This document shows, in pieces, positions 26,365-36,467 of a stretch of 64,000 nucleotides of DNA. This DNA comes from Candidatus Saccharimonadales bacterium. Its GTDB lineage: Bacteria > Chloroflexota > Limnocylindria > P2-11E. The stretch is taken from assembly GCA_035493615.1 (NCBI GenBank), contig DATJHW010000082.1, positions 766 to 64,765 of the forward strand. The letters are read 5' to 3'. The notes beneath the pieces were generated by a model, which saw nothing but the letters and a program-made list of their open reading frames with translations, was not told the origin of the DNA and did no database searches. A program made the position numbers and the translations under genes. Every line of letters begins with the position of its first letter. Positions within the stretch are counted from its first letter, which is position 1.

Positions 26365-29300
26365 CTAGCCCGCGCGGGCTCTCCCGAGCTGCTTCTGGCG
26401 GTACATCGCCCGGTCGGCCGCATCGACGAGGGCGTCCACGGAGGTGCCCTCGACGAGCGCCGGCGCAATGCCCCAGGCGATGGTCGGCACCGGCTGGCCC
26501 GACGGGATCGTCGCGTCGGCGATGTCCAGAGCCAGCCGTCGCATGATCCGGTCAGCCGCGAACAGGGGTGCGCCGGGGAACACGATGGCAAACTCGTCGC
26601 CGCCGATCCGTGCGACCACGTCGTGCTGGCGGACGCCCGCGGCGAGGAGCTCGCCGATCCGGATCAGCGCCTGGTCGCCGGATGCGTGGCCGTACTGATC
26701 GTTCAGCTGCTTCAGGCCGTTCGCGTCGATCATCGCCACCGAGAGGGGCGCGCCATCCCGCTCGCTCTTCGCGAGATGCTCGGCGAGCTGGTCGAAGAAC
26801 GCCCGCCGGTTCGGAAGTCCGGTGAGCGGATCGGTCGCGGCCGCGGACTTCGCGGCCTGGTGCAGGCGCGCGACCCGGACGGCCGCCGCGACCTGATGGG
26901 ACGTCGCGGTCAGGAGGGTCTCGTCCTCCGATGAGAACGCCGCGGGGCGGGTGCTCTCGATCCCGATGATGCCCACGGTCTCGTCGCCGATCCGCAGCGG
27001 GACGATGAGGCTCGAGCGGATGTCCGCCGGACCCACGAACCGCGTGTCCGAGTGGACGTCCGCGACGTTCTGGAGCCGCCCGTGCTCCATGACCCACCAG
27101 CTGATGCCGGTGCCGGACGGGAGCGATTGCCCGATGAACGCGGTCGATGGTCCGAACGCGGCACGAATGCTGAGCTCGCCGTCGTCGTTGAGCGTGGTGA
27201 GGAAGCCGTTCTCGTATCCCATCGCGTCACACACGATGCGCAGCAGCCGGCTGGTGAGCTCATTGAGATCCAGCACCGCGCTGATCTCGGAGGCCAGCCG
27301 CTGGAGGATCGCGAGCTGGCGGGCGTGGGTGTGCGAGTGCTCGGCCATGCGCTCCACGAGCGAGCCGGGACCGGGCACGTCGTCGATGTCCTCGTGCTCG
27401 ATCGCGCCCACTTTGCTCAGGTACACGCTGCCCTCGCGGCGGTCGCGCTCGATGACCCGGATGAACGCCGCGACGACGTCGGGGTGGAACTGCGTGCCAC
27501 TGCACCGGCGCAGCTCGGCCACGGCGAAGTCGACGCTCTGCGCCGCCTTGTACGCGCGCTTGCTCACGATCACCTCGTACGCGTCCGCGGCGGACACGAT
27601 GTACGCGCCGAGCGGGATCGCGTCGCCCGCCAGCCCATCGGGATAGCCGGCGCCGTCGAAGCGTTCGTGGTGCGCGTGGACGATGGGCACCAGGTCGGCC
27701 AGCGGCTCGACGGCCGCCAGGATCGAGGCGCCGAGCGGCGCGTGGGTCTTCATGATCACCCACTCCTCGGTCGTGAGGGCGGCCGGCTTGTTGAGGATGG
27801 CGTCGGGGATGCCGATCTTGCCGATGTCGTGCAGCAAGGCCGACAGCTGGACGCGCCGGATCTCGTCCGGCGGCAGCTGCATCTCGACGGCGATGATCCG
27901 CGACAGCGCCGCGACGCGCGCCGAGTGGCTTCGGGTATACGGGTCCCGCGCGTCGACGGCGGCGGCCAGCGCCTTGACGGACGCGAGGTAGAGCTCGCGG
28001 AGCCGGGCGTGATGCTCGGCGTTCTCGAACGATGACGCGACGAGGTTCGAGAACGACTGGAGGATCGCGACGTCCTCGGCGTCATACGCGGCCGGGCGGT
28101 ACGACTGCACCGAGACCACGCCGATGATCTCGCCGCGGATCTTGAGGGGCATGTGGACGGCCGACGCACACCGTCGCGACTCGTCGCCGTAGGTCTTGCC
28201 GCGCTTCTGGACGGCATCGTCGCGGCTCGTCGTCACGTACGGCTCGCCGCTCAGCACCACCTGGCTGGTGGGTCCGGCGCCCAATGGGAGGAAGAACTCC
28301 CCTTCGCGCACGTGCCCGCCGTCGACCTCGATGAGGAAGTCGAACAGCCGGCGTTCGCCGTCATAGCGCGCGACGTAGAACGCGTCGAACTCCACGAGCG
28401 ATCGGGCCGACTCGTGGGCGAAGCTCGCGATCTGTTGAGGCTCATGGACGAGCGCGGTCTTCGAGGCGATCTCATTGAGCGCCGTGAGCCGCTGGATCCG
28501 CCGCTCCCGCTCGCGGCGGCCGGTGACCGCGCGGATGGCGCTCCCGGCGAGCTCGGCGAGGTCGAGGAGCCCTTGCTCGTCGACGACGTCGAATCTGCGA
28601 TGCGGATCGGTGGTCCCGACCATGAACACGGCGACGACGACGTCGGCCACGATCACCGGGACGACGACGACGGCGTGAATGCCGGCCTCGAGTGCGGCCT
28701 CGGTCCCGACATCGCCGTACTCGTTCGCGTAGTCGCGGACCGTCATCGCGGCCCGCTGCTCGATGACCTTCGCGAGGAGCGGACCGACCTGATCGTGGCT
28801 GAGCCCGGCGAGGCTCGATGCCGCGCCGAGCGCCGCGATGACGCGGATCCCGCGGGCGGGGGTGATCTCGGCGGCCGCGACGTACTCGGCGTTGAACGCG
28901 CGCTCGGCTTCGACCGCGAGGCGGGCGATGACCTCTTCCGTCGTGCACGAGGCGAGCTCGCGAGCGAGCTCCTCGCGGCGTTTCCCGAGCTCGAGCCGCC
29001 GCGCGTTGGCGAGTGCGATGGCGGCATGGGCGGCGAATCCTTCCAGCGCGTCACGCTCGTCCCGGTCGAACGGCCGGACGACGCACCGTCCGACGTTGAG
29101 GACCGCCGCGATCTCACCCTGCACCAGGACGGGGATCGCGATCGCGCTCCGCAGGCCGAGATCCAGCACCGCCTTCGGCGCATCGGTCAGCTTGCGGTAG
29201 TCGTCGACGGTCACCGTCGCGCGGGTCATGACCACGCGCCCGACGATGCCGCTCGTGGCCGGCCCGCGCACGCCGACGACCCGCTCGCCGAGGCCCGCGC

Positions 29301-29994
29301 CGGCGATGATCATGAACTCGCGCCCCCGATGGACGTTCAGCGTGGCATGGTCCGCCGACACGAGCTCGAGCGCGTGACGCGGGATCGAACCGAGGACCAG
29401 ATCCGCGCCCGCCTCCGCGTCGATCTCGGTGGCCGCCTGCTCGAGCAGGTGCGCCCGGCGCAGCGCGCGCGCCCCGCGCTCCTGCTCGTCACGGTACGCG
29501 GCGGCGACGACACCGATGACCAGGAGGACCATACCGACGACGATGACGAGGCGGAACACAGACTGCGGATCGACCGGCAAGCCGAGGGCGAGGAGCACGA
29601 GCTGCTGTCCCGCGGCGGCGACCAGGAACGCGCATCCCGCGACCGCGGTACCGAGCCGACCGAGCCGGAACTGCACGAGTACCGCGGCGATGAGGACGAG
29701 CGCGAAGGCGACGCTGCGCGGATCGGCCGCCGTGGCCATCATCCAGAGCGTCGTGATGGCGAGGTCGGCGATGACCAGACCGATCGGTGTCGTCGTCAGC
29801 GTGAACGTCGTGCCGCGCGTCGCCTGCGCCGTCCAGCTGTAGACGATCGTCCCGAACAGGATGGTGAGGGCGAGCGCCGCGAGGGGCACGACGATCAGGC
29901 TCCCGATCGCGATCCAGACGATCGCGGCGGCCAGGCCGAACACGCGGCCATAGAGCAGCGCATCGCCGGGAACGCGCGGGATCTGCTCGGTCAT
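26365..29994 (-). CDS. Membrane-bound multi-GAF / HD-GYP / GGDEF composite c-di-GMP signalling protein (1209 aa)
   Basis: About 5 N-terminal TM helices and several GAF-like regions. HD-GYP: LLHDIGKIGIPD...HAHHERFDGAGYPDGL. A further GAF, then a C-terminal GGDEF domain (DPLTGLPNRRAF...RIGGDEFAIVFPG). Confidence 0.9.
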   Translation of the reverse strand: MTEQIPRVPGDALLYGRVFGLAAAIVWIAIGSLIVVPLAALALTILFGTIVYSWTAQATRGTTFTLTTTPIGLVIADLAITTLWMMATAADPRSVAFALVLIAAVLVQFRLGRLGTAVAGCAFLVAAAGQQLVLLALGLPVDPQSVFRLVIVVGMVLLVIGVVAAAYRDEQERGARALRRAHLLEQAATEIDAEAGADLVLGSIPRHALELVSADHATLNVHRGREFMIIAGAGLGERVVGVRGPATSGIVGRVVMTRATVTVDDYRKLTDAPKAVLDLGLRSAIAIPVLVQGEIAAVLNVGRCVVRPFDRDERDALEGFAAHAAIALANARRLELGKRREELARELASCTTEEVIARLAVEAERAFNAEYVAAAEITPARGIRVIAALGAASSLAGLSHDQVGPLLAKVIEQRAAMTVRDYANEYGDVGTEAALEAGIHAVVVVPVIVADVVVAVFMVGTTDPHRRFDVVDEQGLLDLAELAGSAIRAVTGRRERERRIQRLTALNEIASKTALVHEPQQIASFAHESARSLVEFDAFYVARYDGERRLFDFLIEVDGGHVREGEFFLPLGAGPTSQVVLSGEPYVTTSRDDAVQKRGKTYGDESRRCASAVHMPLKIRGEIIGVVSVQSYRPAAYDAEDVAILQSFSNLVASSFENAEHHARLRELYLASVKALAAAVDARDPYTRSHSARVAALSRIIAVEMQLPPDEIRRVQLSALLHDIGKIGIPDAILNKPAALTTEEWVIMKTHAPLGASILAAVEPLADLVPIVHAHHERFDGAGYPDGLAGDAIPLGAYIVSAADAYEVIVSKRAYKAAQSVDFAVAELRRCSGTQFHPDVVAAFIRVIERDRREGSVYLSKVGAIEHEDIDDVPGPGSLVERMAEHSHTHARQLAILQRLASEISAVLDLNELTSRLLRIVCDAMGYENGFLTTLNDDGELSIRAAFGPSTAFIGQSLPSGTGISWWVMEHGRLQNVADVHSDTRFVGPADIRSSLIVPLRIGDETVGIIGIESTRPAAFSSEDETLLTATSHQVAAAVRVARLHQAAKSAAATDPLTGLPNRRAFFDQLAEHLAKSERDGAPLSVAMIDANGLKQLNDQYGHASGDQALIRIGELLAAGVRQHDVVARIGGDEFAIVFPGAPLFAADRIMRRLALDIADATIPSGQPVPTIAWGIAPALVEGTSVDALVDAADRAMYRQKQLGRARAG

Positions 29995-30117
29995 GCAACA
30001 TGGACGCTAGGGATGCCGCGCCCGAAGCGGGTATCAGGCCGAGAGAGGGATGCCCTACGCGCTCCCCCGGTCGGGGGAGGAGCCCGGTCCTAGGCCCCCA
30101 TCAAGCGGTCGCTGCGG

Positions 30118-30447
30118 CTACAGGTCATCACGCGGGGGCGCCCAGATGTCGATGACCTGGCATGGCTCCTCGAACACGCGAGCCCCATGCGACGCATTCG
30201 GCGGCACGCGGTACGTGTCGCCGGGAGTGAGGATCCGCTGCTCGCCAGCGATGACCATCACGAGACTGCCCTTGGTGACCACGCCGGTCTGTTCCATCGG
30301 ATGCTTGTGCGACTCGACCACCGTCTTGGGCGCGAGGTCGGTGATCGCGACCGTCGCGGCCTCGGCGCGGATGATCCGCTGGGTCATGCCCGGGATCGGG
30401 CTCTTGGTGGGCAGGTCGCGCGGCGAGGCGTAGTAGAGCTTCGGCAT
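30118..30447 (-). CDS. Cupin domain protein
   Basis: 109 aa. [20 protein letters not shown]...[13 protein letters not shown] is a two-motif cupin pattern. Confidence 0.75.
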   Translation of the reverse strand: MPKLYYASPRDLPTKSPIPGMTQRIIRAEAATVAITDLAPKTVVESHKHPMEQTGVVTKGSLVMVIAGEQRILTPGDTYRVPPNASHGARVFEEPCQVIDIWAPPRDDL

Positions 30448-30464
30448 CCGTCGATGCTAGCTGG

Positions 30465-32422
<1,958 letters not shown>

Positions 32423-32495
32423 GGCTCCTCCCGAGTGTACCAACCGATGTCCGCCCGAACGGGTGACGAGACGGTAGCCGTCTAGCATTCCAGCG

Positions 32496-34934
32496 ATGCG
32501 GAGACGCTCGGCGTACGTAGCGGTGGCGGTGGTCTACGCGGTCGCGGTGTACGTCGCGCTGGCACTCGGCGGCTCGCGGGCCGAGAGCATCGAGATCCTC
32601 CTGTTGGTCATCGCGGTCAGCGTGGCCGCCGGCATCGTCGCCTGGCGGTTCGCGACGAACATGGACGTGGCCCTCCGCGATACGGAACGCAGCCGCGAGG
32701 AGCTGGCCCTCGTCGGCCGCCTCTCGGCCGGGCTGTCAGGTCCGCTGACGCCCACGGAGGTGGCGACGCAATTCCTCGCCGCGATCAAGGGACGGCTGCC
32801 GGAGTCAGTCGTCGCGTCGCTGCTGCAGTACGAAGAGACGGCGGAATCCGTCCGGATACTGGCCCAGCTCGGCGGATCCGAGACGCCGAGCACCGGAGCG
32901 GTGTACCCGGTCGGGGCCTTCCCACCGGTGCTGCGGATGCGTCTCATCGGCGAGCGCCGGAGCTTCGTGGTCGACGATACGGAGGCGATGCCCGATTGGT
33001 CGGCCCTCGCGGCCGAGCTGCCCGCGCTCGCGGCCGCTCGATCCTTTGCGCTGCTGCCACTCGTGTCCCGCTCGCGGCTCATCGGCGCCCTCGCGCTCTC
33101 CGACGCGCAGCCGAACGCGATCACCCGCGACCAGCTGCAGCTGGTCGCGCTCCTGGGCCAGTACGTCGCGGGCGCGCTCCACAACGCACTCTCGATCGCC
33201 GAGGCCGACTCGCGCGCCGACCGCGAGGCCGTCGTCAACCGCATCTCGCAGCGCATCTACTCCAACCTCGATCCCGACGCGGTCGTCGCCTCCGCCCTCG
33301 AGGAGCTCGGCAGGGAGCTCGGGGTGTCGCGGGTCGTCCTGAGCGGCGCCGGCGATGCCGGCCTGACCGTGCTGCACGAATGGGCTGCGCCCGGGGTCGA
33401 ACCGGTCGGCGTCGGCGCCCACGGCTCGCTGCCGCTGAGCGCGCTCGCCGTGCGCGAGGGACGCACGATCGCGGTCAGAGATGCGCGGACGGACGCGCGA
33501 CTGGCCGACCCGACGCTCGGCGACCGGACGCTCATCGAGCGCGGCACGCTCGCGGCGGTCGCGACGCCGATCGGCCTGGGCGGCCAGGTCACCGGAGTCC
33601 TGGCCCTCGATCAGGTCGGCGAGACGCGGGCGTGGACGTCCCAGGAGATCAGGCTCCTCGAGAGCGTCGCGCGCGAGCTGCGGACCGCGCTCGAGGCCGC
33701 GCAGCTGCTCCTTGCGCGCCAGCGTGAGAACCAGCGGATGCTCGCCCTGCACCGCGCGTCGACGCTGATCGCCGCGGAGACGGACCCCACCGAAGTGCTC
33801 CGCGAGATCCTCGAGGCAGCCGGCGCGCTGCTCGGCCGGGGGAGTGCGCTGCTGTACCGGTGGGACGAGCACGCCGCGCTGCTGCGCCACGCGGACAGCA
33901 TCGGCGCGGAGCGCAATGCCCCGCCGGTGCTCCGGAGCGGCGAGGGCGTCACGGGCCAGGCGTTCCTCACCCAGAAGCCCGTCATCGTGAACGACTACGA
34001 AGGGTGGGAACACGCCCTACCGTCCAGCCGGGAAGCCGGGTGGCAGGCCGCGCTCGCCGTTCCACTGATCCGCGCGGGTCAGCCGCTCGGCGTGCTCACC
34101 GTCCGGTCGACGCACGCCCTGGCTCGGTTCGATGAGGAGGACGCGCGCCTGTTGAGCCTCTTCGGCGACCAGGCGGTCGCGACCCTCACCACGGCCGAGC
34201 TCGTGGAGCAGCAGCGGCGGGCCGTGGAGCAGCTCGAGAAGCTGAACAGCGCCAAGAGCAACTTCGTCTCCATCGTGAGCCACGAGTTCCGCACGCCGCT
34301 GACCGGCATCCAGGGCTTCAGCGAGCTCATGCGCGACGAGGACCTCAGCGTGGTCGAGATGAAGGAGTACGCCGGCGACATCAACAAGGATGCGCAGCGG
34401 CTCAACCGCATGATCACCGAGATGCTCGACCTCGACCGGATGGAGTCCGGCCAGATGACCCTGAACCGGGAACGGACCGACATCAACGCGGTCATCGCCG
34501 AGGCCGCTGACCGGCTGAGCACGAACGCCGAGCGCCACCCGATCCATCTCAACTGCGACCCCACCCTCCCGCTCATCGAGATGGACGCCGACAAGATCAA
34601 GCAGGTGCTTGTGAATCTCCTGAGCAACGCCGTCAAGTACTCGCCCGAGGGCGGTGCGATCACGATCACGACGCGGGTCGAGGGCGCGATGGTCCACGTG
34701 TTCGTGCGCGACGAGGGGATGGGGATCCCGCCCGACTCCCTGGAGAAGGTGTTCGAGCGCTACTCGCGGCTCGAGTCGGGCGCGACCCGCTATATCCAGG
34801 GCACCGGGCTCGGCCTGCCGATCTCGCGGCAGATCATCGAGATGCACGGCGGGCGCGCGTGGGTCGAGAGCACGCTCGGTGAGGGTTCGGTCTTCCAGTT
34901 CACCCTGCCCCTCGCGGCCGTGGCGAGCGTATAA
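32496..34934 (+). CDS. Sensor histidine kinase (2 TM, about 3 GAF-like domains, HisKA, HATPase_c)
   Basis: H-box [19 protein letters not shown]-box [10 protein letters not shown], and G-boxes DEGMGIP / [18 protein letters not shown]. Confidence 0.9.
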   Translation: MRRRSAYVAVAVVYAVAVYVALALGGSRAESIEILLLVIAVSVAAGIVAWRFATNMDVALRDTERSREELALVGRLSAGLSGPLTPTEVATQFLAAIKGRLPESVVASLLQYEETAESVRILAQLGGSETPSTGAVYPVGAFPPVLRMRLIGERRSFVVDDTEAMPDWSALAAELPALAAARSFALLPLVSRSRLIGALALSDAQPNAITRDQLQLVALLGQYVAGALHNALSIAEADSRADREAVVNRISQRIYSNLDPDAVVASALEELGRELGVSRVVLSGAGDAGLTVLHEWAAPGVEPVGVGAHGSLPLSALAVREGRTIAVRDARTDARLADPTLGDRTLIERGTLAAVATPIGLGGQVTGVLALDQVGETRAWTSQEIRLLESVARELRTALEAAQLLLARQRENQRMLALHRASTLIAAETDPTEVLREILEAAGALLGRGSALLYRWDEHAALLRHADSIGAERNAPPVLRSGEGVTGQAFLTQKPVIVNDYEGWEHALPSSREAGWQAALAVPLIRAGQPLGVLTVRSTHALARFDEEDARLLSLFGDQAVATLTTAELVEQQRRAVEQLEKLNSAKSNFVSIVSHEFRTPLTGIQGFSELMRDEDLSVVEMKEYAGDINKDAQRLNRMITEMLDLDRMESGQMTLNRERTDINAVIAEAADRLSTNAERHPIHLNCDPTLPLIEMDADKIKQVLVNLLSNAVKYSPEGGAITITTRVEGAMVHVFVRDEGMGIPPDSLEKVFERYSRLESGATRYIQGTGLGLPISRQIIEMHGGRAWVESTLGEGSVFQFTLPLAAVASV

Positions 34935-34945
34935 GGAGTCGCGAG

Positions 34946-35329
34946 ATGGCGAAGATCGTGTTCTGCGAGGACGATCCGATGATCCGAAAGCTGATCACCG
35001 CCGCCATGCGTGACAGCGGTCACGACGTGCGGCTCGCGGTCGACGGCGAAGAAGGGCTCGCGCTCATCCGCGACACGCGGCCCGACCTCGTCTTCAGCGA
35101 CGTGTCGATGCCGAAGCTCGATGGCTACCAGCTCGGCGACGCCCTACGGGCGTCGCCCGACACCGCGCACATCCCCCTCGTGTTCGTGACCGCCTCGGTC
35201 CAGCGGGCGCAGATCGTCGAGGCCGAGCGACATGGCGGCACCGGCGTCCTGCCGAAGCCGTTCACGATGGCGGAGCTGCGCAAGCGCGTCACGGACCTCC
35301 TGCCGGCGGGTGCTGACGATGGCCGGTGA
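34946..35329 (+). CDS. Single-domain response regulator (receiver only)
   Basis: KIVFCEDDPMIR...DLVFSDVSMPKLDG...PLVFVTAS...LPKPF. Confidence 0.85.
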   Translation: MAKIVFCEDDPMIRKLITAAMRDSGHDVRLAVDGEEGLALIRDTRPDLVFSDVSMPKLDGYQLGDALRASPDTAHIPLVFVTASVQRAQIVEAERHGGTGVLPKPFTMAELRKRVTDLLPAGADDGR

Positions 35330-35696
35330 ACGCGTTCTGTTCGTCGACGACGAAGGCCAGATCCGCAAGCTCGTCGAGACGTTCCTGACGAAGCACGGCT
35401 ACGTCGTGGCCACGGCCACGGACGGCTACGAGGCCGTGAAGGAGATCAAGAAGCAGCGTCCGCACATCGTGATCACGGACGTGCAGATGCCGAACATGAA
35501 CGGGCTCGAGCTGACCCGCCGGCTGCGGTCGGAGGCCGCGACCGCGCGGCTTCCGATCATCATGCTGTCCGCGAAGAAGCAGGCCGACGACATCCTCGCC
35601 GGATATGCCCAGGGTGCCGACGAGTACGTCGCGAAGCCGGTGGAGCTCGCGGTCCTCGCGGCGAAGGTCGACCTGCTCCTGCGGCGCGGCCGCTAG
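35319..35696 (+). CDS. Single-domain response regulator (receiver only)
   Basis: ORF 35232..35696, trimmed to ATG 35319 (MAGERVLFVDDEGQIRKL...). HIVITDVQMPNMNG...PIIMLSAK...VAKPV. 11-nt overlap with the preceding RR gene. Confidence 0.85.
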   Translation: MAGERVLFVDDEGQIRKLVETFLTKHGYVVATATDGYEAVKEIKKQRPHIVITDVQMPNMNGLELTRRLRSEAATARLPIIMLSAKKQADDILAGYAQGADEYVAKPVELAVLAAKVDLLLRRGR

Positions 35697-35735
35697 GCGG
35701 CTGGGACGCCGTCGGTACCGCTGCCGAAGGGGCGG

Positions 35736-36467
35736 GTGTGCGTGCTGCTGCACGGGAAAGGCGGCGTCGGCACGACAACGCTGGCCGTGAACACCGCCCT
35801 CGCGCTCGCCAGCACGATGATCTATCGCGTGGCGGTGCTCGATCTCTCGCTGGAGTTCGCGAACGCCGGCATGCTCATGGACCAGAAGCCGAACCGGACG
35901 CTCGCCGATCTGTCGGACGTGCGGATCGAGGACATGAGCGACGACCTCTTCGATCTGTTCATCGCGAGCCACTCGAGCGGCGTACGGCTGGTCACCGGAG
36001 CCGATCGGCCGGAGCTGGCGGAGCTCGTGACCGTGCCGGCCGTCCACCACGCGATCGATCGTCTGCGGGCGAGCTCGGACTACGTGGTCGTCGACACCGC
36101 GGCGACGTTCACCCAGCACACCCTGGCGGCCATCGACGGGTCGGACGTGCTGACGATCGTCACGGCGGCACATCTTGCGTCGTTGAAGGCGACCAACGAC
36201 CTCCTCAGCGTCATCGACAAGCTGTCGATCCCGAAGGAGAACACGCTGCTGGTGCTGAACCAGACCACCGCGGCAGGCCTCCATCCCGACCAGGCCACCC
36301 GGTTCTTCGGCCGGAAGCCCGACGTCATCGTCCCGTTCACGCCGGCATTCGACGACGCGGCCGACGAAGGGAAGCCGCTCGTGGCGAGCGCGCCCGGCAA
36401 CGCCGGATCGGTCTCGGTCCGCGATCTCGCCGCACAGGTCACGGTGCGGGCGCCGGTGAAGCACTAA
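35736..36467 (+). CDS. MinD/ParA-superfamily ATPase of the CpaE/TadZ type (deviant Walker A without the second Lys)
   Basis: GTG start. Walker A HGKGGVGTTTLAVN sits at the extreme N-terminus. YVVVDTAATF is Walker B-like. No receiver-like N-domain is encoded in this ORF. Confidence 0.8.
   Translation: MCVLLHGKGGVGTTTLAVNTALALASTMIYRVAVLDLSLEFANAGMLMDQKPNRTLADLSDVRIEDMSDDLFDLFIASHSSGVRLVTGADRPELAELVTVPAVHHAIDRLRASSDYVVVDTAATFTQHTLAAIDGSDVLTIVTAAHLASLKATNDLLSVIDKLSIPKENTLLVLNQTTAAGLHPDQATRFFGRKPDVIVPFTPAFDDAADEGKPLVASAPGNAGSVSVRDLAAQVTVRAPVKH

Noticed and set aside
35738-36466. The first ~243 codons of the 682-aa ORF 35738..37786, which would fuse an Arg-rich N-terminus onto the MBL::REC protein
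   Set aside because: This stretch is the +2 frame of the CpaE-like ATPase gene and gives a meaningless translation (RRRRHDNAGREHRPRARQ...). Real homology starts at IRIRFWG (36467). See the finding on the missing start codon.
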